This document shows, piece by piece, positions 20,049 to 30,472 of a stretch of 64,000 bases of DNA. This DNA comes from Calditrichaceae bacterium. GTDB taxonomy: Bacteria > Calditrichota > Calditrichia > Calditrichales > JBFXGD01. Each line of letters opens with the position of its first letter. Positions within the stretch are counted from its first letter, which is position 1. The notes under the pieces are model-generated. The model had not been told where the DNA came from. It ran no database searches and saw only the letters and a list, made by a program, of their open reading frames with translations. The stretch spans positions 256,001 to 320,000 of the forward strand of contig JBFXLE010000001.1 in assembly GCA_050173015.1 (NCBI GenBank). Reading direction: 5' to 3'. The position numbers and the translations under genes were made by a program.

Positions 20049-20180
20049 ATCTCATAATTTTATTTAACTTAAAGTTCTAATTCGAATATTTATAAAATAT
20101 TCGGCCGGAAAAAAAATTTTTAAAAACGGGCATTTACTGCTTATATTTTAAAATGTTTTATTTTACCAGAAATCGAAATA

Positions 20181-20996
20181 ATGCTTCATATTAATACTGA
20201 ATTAGTAAGTAATATTTTAGAACATTTTATTAAAGATGAAATGCATAAAATTGGTGTTCATAAGGCTGTGCTCGGATTGTCGGGTGGAGTGGACTCAGCT
20301 GTTGTTGCGGCATTACTCGTCAAAGCGCTTGGGCCTGAAAATGTTCATGCTTTAATCATGCCTTATCGCATGAGTAATCCGGAAAGTCAGAAACACGCGG
20401 AGTTATTGGCCGGCCAAATTAAGATAACATACGATGTGGTGGATATTTCACCCATGGTGGACGCGTTTTTTTTAGATGAGCCCAAAGCCTCAACCCTGCG
20501 TCAGGGCAACAAAATGGCCAGGGAACGAATGTGTCTGCTATACGATTATTCGGCAAAAAACGACGCGCTTGTGATCGGTACAAGTAATAAAACAGAACTG
20601 CTGTTAGGGTATGGAACAATTTTCGGTGATCTGGCGAGCGCCATCAATCCGATCGGTGACCTGTATAAATCTCAAATATGGGAACTTGCTGAATATCTCA
20701 AAATCCCTGATGTGATTGTTAAAAAAGCGCCATCGGCCGATTTGTGGGCGGGGCAAACTGATGAGGACGAACTGGGGTACACGTATCAGGAATTGGACCG
20801 AATGCTTTATTTTATGATTGACCAGCGTTATCCGGAACAGCTGATAGTCGATGAGGGGTATTCGAAGAAAATGATTGATGATATCCGGAAACGGATTCAA
20901 CGAAATCAGTTTAAAAGGCGTCCGCCTGTTATCGCAAAACTAACGAACCGAACGATAAATCAGGATTTTCGTTACTGCCGTGACTGGGGCGTATAA
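20181..20996 (+). CDS. nadE: NH3-dependent NAD+ synthetase
   Basis: [25 protein letters not shown] and [14 protein letters not shown] motifs. Confidence 0.95.
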   Translation: MLHINTELVSNILEHFIKDEMHKIGVHKAVLGLSGGVDSAVVAALLVKALGPENVHALIMPYRMSNPESQKHAELLAGQIKITYDVVDISPMVDAFFLDEPKASTLRQGNKMARERMCLLYDYSAKNDALVIGTSNKTELLLGYGTIFGDLASAINPIGDLYKSQIWELAEYLKIPDVIVKKAPSADLWAGQTDEDELGYTYQELDRMLYFMIDQRYPEQLIVDEGYSKKMIDDIRKRIQRNQFKRRPPVIAKLTNRTINQDFRYCRDWGV

Positions 20997-20999
20997 AAA

Positions 21000-21716
21000 T
21001 TGGAAGAAATTGTAAGCGGCGCGTTGTATCTTGTTTCGACGCCAATCGGTAATCTTGCGGATATCACTTATCGCGCGGTCCATATATTAAATGGTGTCAA
21101 TCTGATTGCCGCGGAAGATACCAGAAAATCAGGCATTCTGTTAAAAAATTATGGAATTAAGACACCGACAACCAGCTATCACAGTTATAATCTTGAGCGG
21201 ACAACACCAAAATTAGTCGAAAAATTATTACACGGGAATTCAATCGCATTGATCTCCGACGCGGGTACGCCGGGTATATCAGATCCGGCATATCAGCTGG
21301 TAAGATCGTGCATTGAGAACCAAATAAGAATTATTCCTATTCCGGGCGCGTCCGCCATCCTGGGAGCGCTGGTCGCGTCGGGATTGTCAACAAATAAATT
21401 TGTATATGAAGGATTTCTTCCGGTTAAGAAAGGCAGAAAGACCCGGTTTGAGAGTCTTAAAAATGAGTCAAGAACATTAATTATTTATGAATCACCGCAT
21501 AGAATAAAAAAAACAGTCGGCGAACTGCTGCATTATTTCGGTGACCGCAATTGTGTTTTGGCACGGGAGATCACAAAAAAATTTGAAGAGTTCTACCGGG
21601 GGCGTCTAAGTGAGTTATCGGAACATCTGGAAGCTTCAAAGGTAAAAGGTGAGCTTGTGCTCTTAATTGAAGGCCAGAGTGAAAAAAAAGGAAGTAAGAA
21701 TGAGCGAGAAGAGTAA
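21000..21716 (+). CDS. rsmI: 16S rRNA C1402 2'-O-methyltransferase
   Basis: STPIGNLADIT, AEDTR, SDAGTPGISDP, YESPHR and REITKKFEE motifs. Confidence 0.96.
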   Translation: MEEIVSGALYLVSTPIGNLADITYRAVHILNGVNLIAAEDTRKSGILLKNYGIKTPTTSYHSYNLERTTPKLVEKLLHGNSIALISDAGTPGISDPAYQLVRSCIENQIRIIPIPGASAILGALVASGLSTNKFVYEGFLPVKKGRKTRFESLKNESRTLIIYESPHRIKKTVGELLHYFGDRNCVLAREITKKFEEFYRGRLSELSEHLEASKVKGELVLLIEGQSEKKGSKNEREE

Positions 21717-22362
21717 AAGTTTTTTGCCAAAATGGATTCAGGATGGATTTGTAGGATTATTGACTCCATTAGTCAGGCTCTTCACAAAATGGAATTTTAA
21801 TCCGAACACATTTACTGTTTGGGGCCTGCTGATCACAACTTCCGGCGCGATTGTCCTGTTGCTGCGACCGGACCTGGTCTCATTGGCAGGGGGATTAGTC
21901 CTGCTTGGCGGTATTTGTGATATCATCGACGGTAAACTTGCCCGTAATTCAGGCAGGGAAACCAAATTTGGCGCGTTGTTTGATTCGAGTATTGACCGTT
22001 ATTCGGAAGTAATAATGTTTTTTGGAATTGCCGCCTACTATGTCCGTGGTGATAATTATTTGCTCTCCGTTATGACATTTATCGCCCTGGGGGGATCGAC
22101 AATGGTGAGCTATATCCGGGCCCGCGCCGAAGGGCTTGGATTTGATGCGAAAGTAGGAATGATGCAAAGACCTGAGCGGGTCGTATTTATCGGTCTTGGC
22201 GCATTATTTCATTTTACTTTATTTGAACTAAATGGTTTTAATGTTACATTGCTGGAAATCGCAATATGGGCTGTCGCTATTTTCGCTAATTATACTGCTA
22301 TTCAACGAATGTTTCATGTATACGCACAAGACAGAGTGCAATCACGACAGGAGGAAAGATGA
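21700..22362 (+). CDS. CDP-alcohol phosphatidyltransferase (PIP-synthase-like)
   Basis: PNTFT, DIIDGKLAR...FGALFDSSIDRYSE, VSYIRARAEGLG and GMMQRPER motifs. Overlaps ino1. Confidence 0.9.
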   Translation: MSEKSKSFLPKWIQDGFVGLLTPLVRLFTKWNFNPNTFTVWGLLITTSGAIVLLLRPDLVSLAGGLVLLGGICDIIDGKLARNSGRETKFGALFDSSIDRYSEVIMFFGIAAYYVRGDNYLLSVMTFIALGGSTMVSYIRARAEGLGFDAKVGMMQRPERVVFIGLGALFHFTLFELNGFNVTLLEIAIWAVAIFANYTAIQRMFHVYAQDRVQSRQEER

Positions 22363-23678
22363 GTGATATAAAAAATGTCAAAATTGAAAATGTGAAAGGA
22401 AGAGTCGGTGTTCTGACACCAGGCCTGGGCGCTGTAAGTACGACATTTATCGCGGGTGTGATGGCTGTCAGAAAAGGTTTGGGAAAGCCGATAGGCTCTT
22501 TGACACAGCTAAATCATATCCGTCTCGGAAGGCGTGATGAGGACAGAAATCCTCTGATAAAGGAAATGATACCTCTGACCGAACTGGAAGATTTATATTT
22601 TGGAGCATGGGATTTGTTTGAGGACAATGCTTACGAATCAGCTGTAAACGCGGGTGTTCTTGAAAAATCACTTCTGGATGAACTGAAAGATGAACTTTCA
22701 GCGATCAAACCGATGAAGGCTGTTTTTGACCGAAATTATGTAAAAAAGCTAGATGGCCCTCACGTAAAAAAAGCCCCGACAAAGTATGACCTGTATCAGA
22801 TGGTCCGGGAAGATATCCGGAATTTCAAAGCAGAACACAAACTGGACCGATTGGTGATGGTCTGGACGGGCAGTACTGAAATCTTCATGAAAACAAGTGA
22901 AGTACACGCGACAAAGGAATCTTTCGAAAAAGGTATGCGTGAGAATCACAAAGATATCGCTCCAAGCATGATTTACGCGTGGGCGGCAATCGCTGAAGGT
23001 GTACCTTATGCCAATGGCGCTCCGAACTTGTCGGCTGATGTTCCGGCCATGTATCAGTTCGCGGATGAAATGGGTGTGCCATTGACCGGCAAAGATTTCA
23101 AAACAGGCCAGACACTGATGAAAACAATCCTGGCCCCCGGACTTAAAGCAAGAATGCTGGGCGTTGACGGCTGGTTTTCCACAAATATTCTTGGAAACCG
23201 TGATGGTGAAGTTCTGGATGATCCTGAATCATTCAAAACAAAAGAAGAGAGCAAACTTTCTGTTCTCGATCAGATACTTCAGCCAAAGCTTTATCCGGAA
23301 CTTTATAAAGACTTATATCATAAAGTTCGTATAAATTACTATCCTCCGCGCAAAGATAACAAAGAAGGCTGGGATAATATAGATATTTTCGGCTGGCTTG
23401 GTTACCCAATGCAGATCAAAATCGATTTTCTCTGCCGTGACAGTATTCTGGCGGCTCCAATAGTGCTGGATCTCGTATTGTTCCTGGATCTTGCAAAACG
23501 CGCCGGATTTAAGGGTATTCAGGAATGGCTGTCATTCTACTTCAAGAGTCCGATTCACGCGCCAAATCTGTATCCGGAGCATGATTTGTTTATACAGATG
23601 ATGAAACTAAAAAACACCTTGCGTGTAATGGCAGGCGAAGAACAGATCACCCACCTGGGACTTGATTATTACAAATAA
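22359..23678 (+). CDS. ino1: Myo-inositol-3-phosphate synthase
   Basis: GLGAVSTT, ANGAPN, GKDFKTGQT, NILGNRDG, DNKEGWD, CRDSILAAPIVLDL and SFYFKSP motifs. Confidence 0.95.
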   Translation: MSDIKNVKIENVKGRVGVLTPGLGAVSTTFIAGVMAVRKGLGKPIGSLTQLNHIRLGRRDEDRNPLIKEMIPLTELEDLYFGAWDLFEDNAYESAVNAGVLEKSLLDELKDELSAIKPMKAVFDRNYVKKLDGPHVKKAPTKYDLYQMVREDIRNFKAEHKLDRLVMVWTGSTEIFMKTSEVHATKESFEKGMRENHKDIAPSMIYAWAAIAEGVPYANGAPNLSADVPAMYQFADEMGVPLTGKDFKTGQTLMKTILAPGLKARMLGVDGWFSTNILGNRDGEVLDDPESFKTKEESKLSVLDQILQPKLYPELYKDLYHKVRINYYPPRKDNKEGWDNIDIFGWLGYPMQIKIDFLCRDSILAAPIVLDLVLFLDLAKRAGFKGIQEWLSFYFKSPIHAPNLYPEHDLFIQMMKLKNTLRVMAGEEQITHLGLDYYK

Positions 23679-23712
23679 TTATCAAATGTTCTGAAGCTTT
23701 CGCAAAATAATA

Positions 23713-23764
23713 AAACGGTACAGAGGTTAATTGATAATCAAAAAATCTTTGTACCGTTTCTTTT
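23713..23764 (+). terminator. Terminator after ino1
   Basis: AAACGGTACAGAGG...TCTTTGTACCGTTT-CTTTT. Confidence 0.7.
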
Positions 23765-23945
23765 CATGTATTTAAATTTTTTTTATGTTTTTTAAAGAAT
23801 TCAGATTATTATTACAATATGAGTTCGGGCCGGCTTCTCCACCTGATTCAGTAGAAGATTAAGGGCAAGATTTCCGCGGTAAAATGAATCTGTCAGAATA
23901 TTAATAGGATATTAATGATGGTAAGTTTCAAAAAGAAACAGGCAA

Positions 23946-25295
23946 ATGGACCTTGCCCGAAATACTAAAGCGAGCACCCTTAAGGATGTGTTAAAAACAT
24001 CCTTACCGGCGGTGGTCGATCTTTCTGCGCAGACAATTACCTGGCTGATTGAAGCAATTTTTATCGGACAGTTATCGGCGCTTGCTCTGGCCGGAGTCGG
24101 GATTGCTCAGCAATTTATTGTGCTGACATTTAGTGTGCTTCTGACATTTGTCGTTGGCAGTTCGATCATCATTGTTCGTTATCTTGGGGCGGGTGATCAT
24201 TGGAATGCCAACCATATATTGGGGCAGGCTCTGTTTATAGCGGTGATTCTTTCTATTTTGATCGCTCTTTTCTGGTATTTTATCGTACCTGTCTTATTTG
24301 TCCTGATAAAAGAAGAAGGCGCAATTGCCCGGAATTACGGGATCGTATATATCAGGACAGTGTCTTACTTTGCTCCTTTGATAATTACCAACTTTATAGC
24401 GATCGGTATTCTGCGGGGCGTGGGTGATACTATGCTCACCATGACCATTAGTCTCATCATCGCGGTAATAAACATTTCTCTTGACGCGGTGCTGATTTTC
24501 GGTCTGTTTGGTTTCCCAAGATTAGAAACATTAGGCGCTGCTCTGGCAGTAGGTATCGCGCACAGTATAGGATTCATCATTACGCTTACATACCTTAGAA
24601 ATCGAAAATCGAGTTTGTTTTTAGCCGTGATGGAAGTTACCAAACCAAAACTCAGCACGTTTAAGAGATTATTTAAAATTGGTATTCCAACAACAGTCGA
24701 ACAGTTTGTGTGGTCAATCGGTCAGATTATTCTCAGTTTTTTTGCAGCCCGGATAAGCGTGACCGCATTAGCGACACATCAGGTTTTTGTTCGTATTCAA
24801 TCGGTTTTGAGTATGGTGAACTGGGGATTTAGCGTCGCGGGAATGACTCTTGTCGGAAAAAACATCGGCGCGAAGAATATGGCTGAAGCACGGAAAAGCG
24901 GCAGTATCACCGCGCTCGTTTCGATGGTATTTGTAATTATCATCGCTTTTGTAATTTATCCTTTTTCCGATGATATTGTCGCGATATTTACCACAGATCA
25001 AAATGTCATCAACCTGGGGCAAAAGCTGATTCTCGTATTTCTGATTCTTCAGGTTCCAAAGGCATTGAATACGGTATATTCAGGAAATCTGCGTGGCGCG
25101 GCCGATCTCAACTGGTTAATGTGGCTGGCGATCGGATCGGTGATTGTTAACGAAATCACCGGGGCATATGTGCTGGCTTTTGTGTTTGGTCTGCAGTTGA
25201 TGGGACTCTGGATTATTCAGATCATTGATGAAATGGGAAGACTGGTTCTTAATTACTGGCGTTTTAACAGAGGAAACTGGAAAAAAATCAGATAA
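23946..25295 (+). CDS. MATE family efflux transporter/flippase
   Basis: ALAGVG, GILRGVGDT, LIFGLFGFPRL, LVGKNIGA and GNLRGAAD; about 12 TM helices. Confidence 0.92.
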   Translation: MDLARNTKASTLKDVLKTSLPAVVDLSAQTITWLIEAIFIGQLSALALAGVGIAQQFIVLTFSVLLTFVVGSSIIIVRYLGAGDHWNANHILGQALFIAVILSILIALFWYFIVPVLFVLIKEEGAIARNYGIVYIRTVSYFAPLIITNFIAIGILRGVGDTMLTMTISLIIAVINISLDAVLIFGLFGFPRLETLGAALAVGIAHSIGFIITLTYLRNRKSSLFLAVMEVTKPKLSTFKRLFKIGIPTTVEQFVWSIGQIILSFFAARISVTALATHQVFVRIQSVLSMVNWGFSVAGMTLVGKNIGAKNMAEARKSGSITALVSMVFVIIIAFVIYPFSDDIVAIFTTDQNVINLGQKLILVFLILQVPKALNTVYSGNLRGAADLNWLMWLAIGSVIVNEITGAYVLAFVFGLQLMGLWIIQIIDEMGRLVLNYWRFNRGNWKKIR

Positions 25296-25296
25296 T

Positions 25297-25932
25297 ATGA
25301 AAAATTTAATCGAAACCACACGTTTTATTTCTTTTGAAGGAATAGATTTCTCTGGAAAGACGACTCAGATAGAACTTCTGGAAAAATATCTTAATAAAAA
25401 GGGGTTTCAGGTTTATATATTGCGTGAACCGGGCGGTACGGTTATTTCGGAAAAAATAAGAGATTTGCTTCTGGATATTAAACACGATAATATGGATTCG
25501 CGCGCGGAAATGTTCTTATACAGCGCCGCCCGGGTTCAGCTGTTGACCGAAAAAATTATTCCCTTGCTAAAAAATGGATATTATGTCCTTGCGGACAGGT
25601 ATGTCGACTCAACAACTGCATATCAGGGTTATGGACGGGAGATCGAAATCAGCATCATAAAAAAAATCAACCAGGCTGCAACTTTTGATATCCTGCCGGG
25701 TATAACATTCTACCTTGAGATTGATCCCTTATCCGCATCGAAGCGCCGGATTAACAGCGGGCGATCAGAGGACAGGCTGGAATCCGCCGGAATAGAATTT
25801 TACCAAAGGGTGTTTGAAGGGTATAAAAAAATAGCAGCAGACGAGCCGGAACGGATTAAAGTTCTCGACGCCACACTTCCAGTCAATCTTCTGCATGAAC
25901 AAATCATAAAAAAAATTACTTTACAGAAGTAG
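25297..25932 (+). CDS. tmk: Thymidylate kinase
   Basis: FISFEGIDFSGKTTQ, REPGGT and ADRYVDSTTAYQGYGR motifs. Confidence 0.96.
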   Translation: MKNLIETTRFISFEGIDFSGKTTQIELLEKYLNKKGFQVYILREPGGTVISEKIRDLLLDIKHDNMDSRAEMFLYSAARVQLLTEKIIPLLKNGYYVLADRYVDSTTAYQGYGREIEISIIKKINQAATFDILPGITFYLEIDPLSASKRRINSGRSEDRLESAGIEFYQRVFEGYKKIAADEPERIKVLDATLPVNLLHEQIIKKITLQK

Positions 25933-25942
25933 GTATAAAAAG

Positions 25943-27622
25943 ATGAAACGTGGTTTTAAAATATTGCTCATTGGATGGATGGCAACGGTTCTATTGGGCG
26001 GTGCATGGTTTGTCAACTCGGTGCACGCTGATGAACAGGATTACTACTACCGGTTGAAAAAAAGCTGGCAGTACATGCAGCGTGTTTATGAGCAGCTAAA
26101 CATGCATTATGTGGAAGAAATTGATCCGTACCCTTTAATTAAATCCGGTATTGACGGGATGCTTGAGAAACTGGATCCGTACACCGTGTTTATTGAAGAA
26201 GACGGAGACCGCCGGTTACAAATCATTACGACGGGTAAATACGGTGGGCTTGGTATGGAAATAAGTATGCGTGATAAAAAAGTCACCGTGATCTCACCGA
26301 TGGAAAATTCCCCGGCTAAACGCGCCGGAATACTTGCCGGAGATATTATCGAGAAAATTGATGATCTGGAACTTAGAGGGCTGAGTATTGATGAAGTATC
26401 GAGAAAGCTGAGAGGTGAAGTCGGAACTGAAATAAAACTTGTTCTCAAACGACCGGGTTTTGATACACCTATTGAGCTGACTTTAAAACGGGAAGAAATA
26501 GTGATTGAGGATGTCGGTTATGCCGGTTTTGTAGAACCCGGGGTAGCGTATGTTAGCCTGAACGGATTTACGGAAAAAGCGGCGGTAGAATTGAGAAACG
26601 CGATCCTGGACCTTCAGAAACAGGGCCCGATCAGGTCGTTCATCCTGGATTTGAGAGGAAATCCCGGTGGATTGCTCGAATCGGCTGTGGATGTGGTCAA
26701 TCTTTTTGTTGATAAGGATGAGCTTGTTGTTTCAACTAAAGGTTTCAGGGAAGGGGAAGTAAAATTTTATACGGATAAAAAACCGTTGTTACCAGATGTA
26801 CCCCTGGCAGTTCTTGTGGATGAAGGTAGCGCCAGCGCGTCGGAAATTGTAGCGGGCGCGCTACAGGATCTTGACCGGGCTGTTATCGTCGGACAACCCA
26901 CGTTTGGTAAGGGGCTGGTACAAAAAGTGTACACAATTGATAAAGAAAGCGACGCCAAAATAAAAATAACAACGGCAAAATATTACATTCCGAGCGGCCG
27001 GTGCATACAGAAAAAAGATTATTCGGAAGATAATGATGTGATTTTTCCCCATAAAAAAACGGGGACTGAAGAACACCCGTCTCATATCTATTACACCCGC
27101 AATAAACGGGAAGTTTTGGATCAGGGTGGCATCTATCCTGACATGGAAGTGGAAGGTGATTCAATAAATTATGTGTTTATCGAATTGATCCGTCAGAATA
27201 TGTTCTTTGACTACGCCGTTCAGTATCATCTTGAACATCCGCAATGGCAGGGGGAGTTTAAAATAGATGATAAAATATGCCAGCAATTTCACGATTTCCT
27301 GAAAGCAAAGAATTTTCAGTATGATATGGAAGGAACTCAGGAACTGCAGAAACTTGAAAAGATAGCGTCTAAAAAAGAGTTTTCGGAAGATATTCTGCGA
27401 TTGATCGGGCAATTAAAAGAAAAACTGGAAAATGAAAAAGATCGGGATTTTCAGGATAACCGTCCAGTTATCAGAAGATATCTAAAAATGGAGTTGGCAG
27501 AAAAATATTTCGGTAAAAAAACGCGTGATCAATATTCCATTGAGTTCGATCCCCAGGTAAAAGAAGCGCGGATATTGATCAAGGACCAACAGCGCTATGT
27601 AAAAATTCTAGCCAATAAATAG
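25943..27622 (+). CDS. C-terminal processing protease, S41 family (PDZ + peptidase)
   Basis: LDPYT, YGGLG, LDLRGNPGG, SASASEIVAGALQD, TFGKGLVQ and TAKYYIPSG motifs. Confidence 0.95.
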   Translation: MKRGFKILLIGWMATVLLGGAWFVNSVHADEQDYYYRLKKSWQYMQRVYEQLNMHYVEEIDPYPLIKSGIDGMLEKLDPYTVFIEEDGDRRLQIITTGKYGGLGMEISMRDKKVTVISPMENSPAKRAGILAGDIIEKIDDLELRGLSIDEVSRKLRGEVGTEIKLVLKRPGFDTPIELTLKREEIVIEDVGYAGFVEPGVAYVSLNGFTEKAAVELRNAILDLQKQGPIRSFILDLRGNPGGLLESAVDVVNLFVDKDELVVSTKGFREGEVKFYTDKKPLLPDVPLAVLVDEGSASASEIVAGALQDLDRAVIVGQPTFGKGLVQKVYTIDKESDAKIKITTAKYYIPSGRCIQKKDYSEDNDVIFPHKKTGTEEHPSHIYYTRNKREVLDQGGIYPDMEVEGDSINYVFIELIRQNMFFDYAVQYHLEHPQWQGEFKIDDKICQQFHDFLKAKNFQYDMEGTQELQKLEKIASKKEFSEDILRLIGQLKEKLENEKDRDFQDNRPVIRRYLKMELAEKYFGKKTRDQYSIEFDPQVKEARILIKDQQRYVKILANK

Positions 27623-27669
27623 TTTCTAAATTAAAATTTTCAAAAGTTTTAATCATTAATTAAATTGTT

Positions 27670-27698
27670 GAGCCCTGGAGAGATACAGGGCTCTTTTT
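27670..27698 (+). terminator. Terminator after the S41 protease
   Basis: GAGCCCTG...CAGGGCTC-TTTTT. Confidence 0.8.
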
Positions 27699-27750
27699 AT
27701 TTTTAAAAAATCAAACAAAATTACATTGATATTGTGATAAATTTTAGAAT

Positions 27751-29148
27751 GTGAATTCAGATTATATGGATATCAGACCTCTTTTTGAAAAAATCTACCT
27801 CACTGCCAGGGAACTTGATTATGATATATATGTAGTTGGCGGATTTGTCCGGGATAAATTATTGGGGAAGAAAGTTAAAGATATTGATTTTGTGGTTGTG
27901 GGTGACGCCATGAAGTTTGCGGATCACCTGAAAAGGACATTGCGTTTAAAGCGTATGGTCCGATATCCCCGGTTTGGGACTTTCATGGCCAGGTATTATG
28001 ATTACATGCTTGAATTTGTCAACGCGCGTGAAGAATCGTACTCCGAAGATTCGAGGAAGCCGGTAACAAAGCAAGCGGACTTGTACTCCGATCTCAGCCG
28101 ACGGGATTTTACCATAAACACCCTGGCAATGGATATCTCACCTGAAAAATACGGTTCGATTATCGATGTTTATAAAGGCCGGAAAGATCTCGAAAAAGGA
28201 ATAATAAAAACTCCGCTTGATCCGATCCGGACCTTCAGTGACGATCCGCTTCGAATGATGCGAGCTGTCCGGTTTGCTACTCGCTTCAAATTTAAAATAG
28301 CCCCAAAAACCTACAGCGCGATTTCAGCAACTGCTGATCGGTTAAGCATTATATCCGAGGAGCGGATTACCGACGAATTTAATAAGATATTAATGGGAGA
28401 TAAACCGTCCATCGGGTTGAAAATGCTTGATGAAACAGGACTTCTAAATCAGTTTTTACCCGAGTTCAGCGTGACAAAGGGAGTCGAACAGAAAAAAGAA
28501 CATCATCATAAGGATGTCTTCTATCATACTCTGGAGGTTATCGATAATGTTGCTGAAAAAACAGACCGGCTCGAACTTAGGTTAGCGGCTTTGCTTCATG
28601 ATATCGGTAAGCCAAGAACTAAAAAATTTATCGAGGGTACGGGATGGACCTTTCACGGGCATGAAGTTGTGGGGGAGCGGATGACCAGCGCGATCCTGCA
28701 CAGATTGAAATATTCAAAAGAAATGATCAAAAAAGTCAAATCTTTGGTGCGATTGCATCTTCGACCGATGGCGCTTGTGAATGAAGAAGTCACCGATTCG
28801 GCGATCAGGCGTTTGATTTTTCTTGCCGGAGATCAAATAGATGATCTAATGGATTTATGCCGCGCGGATATCACATCAAAAAATCCTGTAAGAGTGAAGC
28901 GTTATCTGAAAAATTATGAGATGGTGGTCGAAAAAATGAAGGAGGTTGAACAGCGTGATCATCTCCGGAATTTCCAGCCTCCTGTTGACGGAAAAGAAAT
29001 AATGGAATTGTTCGATCTAAAACCGGGACCAATGGTAGGCAGAGTCAAGAAATTTGTGGAAGAGGCCATATTGAATGGTGATGTCGCCAATGAGCATGAC
29101 GCTTGTCTTCAACTAATCATCAGTCATAAAAAGGAATTACTGAAATAA
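27751..29148 (+). CDS. cca: CCA tRNA nucleotidyltransferase with HD domain
   Basis: VVGGFVRD, DIDF, RRDFTIN, FSDDPLRMMRAVRF, ALLHDIGKP and FHGHEVVG motifs. Confidence 0.9.
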   Translation: MNSDYMDIRPLFEKIYLTARELDYDIYVVGGFVRDKLLGKKVKDIDFVVVGDAMKFADHLKRTLRLKRMVRYPRFGTFMARYYDYMLEFVNAREESYSEDSRKPVTKQADLYSDLSRRDFTINTLAMDISPEKYGSIIDVYKGRKDLEKGIIKTPLDPIRTFSDDPLRMMRAVRFATRFKFKIAPKTYSAISATADRLSIISEERITDEFNKILMGDKPSIGLKMLDETGLLNQFLPEFSVTKGVEQKKEHHHKDVFYHTLEVIDNVAEKTDRLELRLAALLHDIGKPRTKKFIEGTGWTFHGHEVVGERMTSAILHRLKYSKEMIKKVKSLVRLHLRPMALVNEEVTDSAIRRLIFLAGDQIDDLMDLCRADITSKNPVRVKRYLKNYEMVVEKMKEVEQRDHLRNFQPPVDGKEIMELFDLKPGPMVGRVKKFVEEAILNGDVANEHDACLQLIISHKKELLK

Positions 29149-29558
29149 TGAGAGTCCTGTTCTGGTATATGGATCAGTTTGGGTATTATCCCGCTATAAA
29201 AAACTTGGAAAATACCACGTCCGTTGATGATGGCGCGGAATTTAAAAATACCATCGTCGCTTTTATTCACGGTGAAAAGATTGACGAGGATAATGTTTCA
29301 AAAACGGAAACTAAATTAGTTAAGAATATCAAATGGCTTGCCGGGAAGCTGGAGTGTAAAAATATTGTACTCCATTCATTCGCGCATCTGGGAGAATCCA
29401 AATGTGACCCGCAATTTCTTAAAGATCTGTTTGATCGAGTTGAATCAAGGCTGGATAACACAGGCTATATTGTTTCTCAGACTCCGTATGGATACTTTCT
29501 TGATATTAAAATAGATGCTCCCGGAAAATCTCTGGCAAGAGTTTACAAAGAATTCTAA
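29148..29558 (+). CDS. Free-standing archaeal-type threonyl-tRNA synthetase editing domain
   Basis: VAFIHGE, IVLHSFAHL (compare archaeal YPxAHL), QTPYGYF and GKSLAR. TAATG overlap with cca. Confidence 0.8.
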   Translation: MRVLFWYMDQFGYYPAIKNLENTTSVDDGAEFKNTIVAFIHGEKIDEDNVSKTETKLVKNIKWLAGKLECKNIVLHSFAHLGESKCDPQFLKDLFDRVESRLDNTGYIVSQTPYGYFLDIKIDAPGKSLARVYKEF

Positions 29559-29666
29559 ATTCAGTTATGATCGGCTGTGGATTACTCCTTTCCTGATGTG
29601 TGTACTTATAAAAAATAATAAAATTTGAATATTTCGCATACATATTTGTAAAATAAGAAAAGAATC

Positions 29667-29692
29667 GCAACTTTTTCCTGTCTATCTCGTCT
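29667..29692 (+). promoter_or_regulatory. Candidate ECF-sigma promoter
   Basis: GCAAC-16 nt-CGTCT, 32 nt upstream of the Yip1 start; matches the generic ECF AAC-N16-CGT layout. Confidence 0.5.
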
Positions 29693-29724
29693 CTTTACTT
29701 ACCTCAATTAAAGGAGAATTAACC

Positions 29725-30456
29725 ATGTCGGAAGTAAAAGCAAATTACGATTCAGTGATCAAATTAACCACATGGACAAAAATCACGAAGATATTTACCG
29801 AACCGGCTGTGGTTTTTGAAAATCTACGGGTGTATCCGGATTGGATTATTCCGGTGCTTCTCACCCTCCTGGTTGGGTTGTCTACCGTTTATTTAACCGT
29901 GGACATTCAGAAAAAAACACAACAGGAATTTATTCTGAACTCGGAACAAATTCCCGAGGAACAAAAAGATGAAATTCTGGAAGGTTTGGAGGATCAGTCC
30001 TTCGCGCGCACGGTTGTCGTGCCGGCCGCCGGACTGGTTTTCTGGGTGTTTGCTTCATACGCGGTTGCGGCTCTGGCATTTATGGCTTTTGGAAATTTTA
30101 TATACGGAGGCAAGGCGACTTTTGTACAAAATTTCGCGTTGTATTCATGGGCGGGATTAATTGGTGTGCTGGAGGGGTTAATCAAGTTACCGCTGTTTAT
30201 CAGTAAAGGCACTTTCGAAGTATATACAAGTCTTGCGATATTGTTGGATCCGGGAGAGTCAAAAACATTAATGTTTAAAATATTTAATGCCGTGGATATC
30301 TTTTCAATTTGGAAGATCATTGTATGGTCGATAGGATTCAGCGTGATTTATAAATTCAGTAAAGGCAAATCTTATACGGCAATTATAATATTATTCCTTA
30401 TATATACAGTAATTTCAATCAGTATTAGTCAGATGTTTGGTGGTTTTGGTAATTAA
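29725..30456 (+). CDS. Yip1-domain membrane protein (YknW-like)
   Basis: IFTEPAVVFENL...WIIP, GGKATF and DIFSIW; about 5 TM helices. Confidence 0.85.
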   Translation: MSEVKANYDSVIKLTTWTKITKIFTEPAVVFENLRVYPDWIIPVLLTLLVGLSTVYLTVDIQKKTQQEFILNSEQIPEEQKDEILEGLEDQSFARTVVVPAAGLVFWVFASYAVAALAFMAFGNFIYGGKATFVQNFALYSWAGLIGVLEGLIKLPLFISKGTFEVYTSLAILLDPGESKTLMFKIFNAVDIFSIWKIIVWSIGFSVIYKFSKGKSYTAIIILFLIYTVISISISQMFGGFGN

Positions 30457-30472
30457 TCAGAGGAGAACGTAA

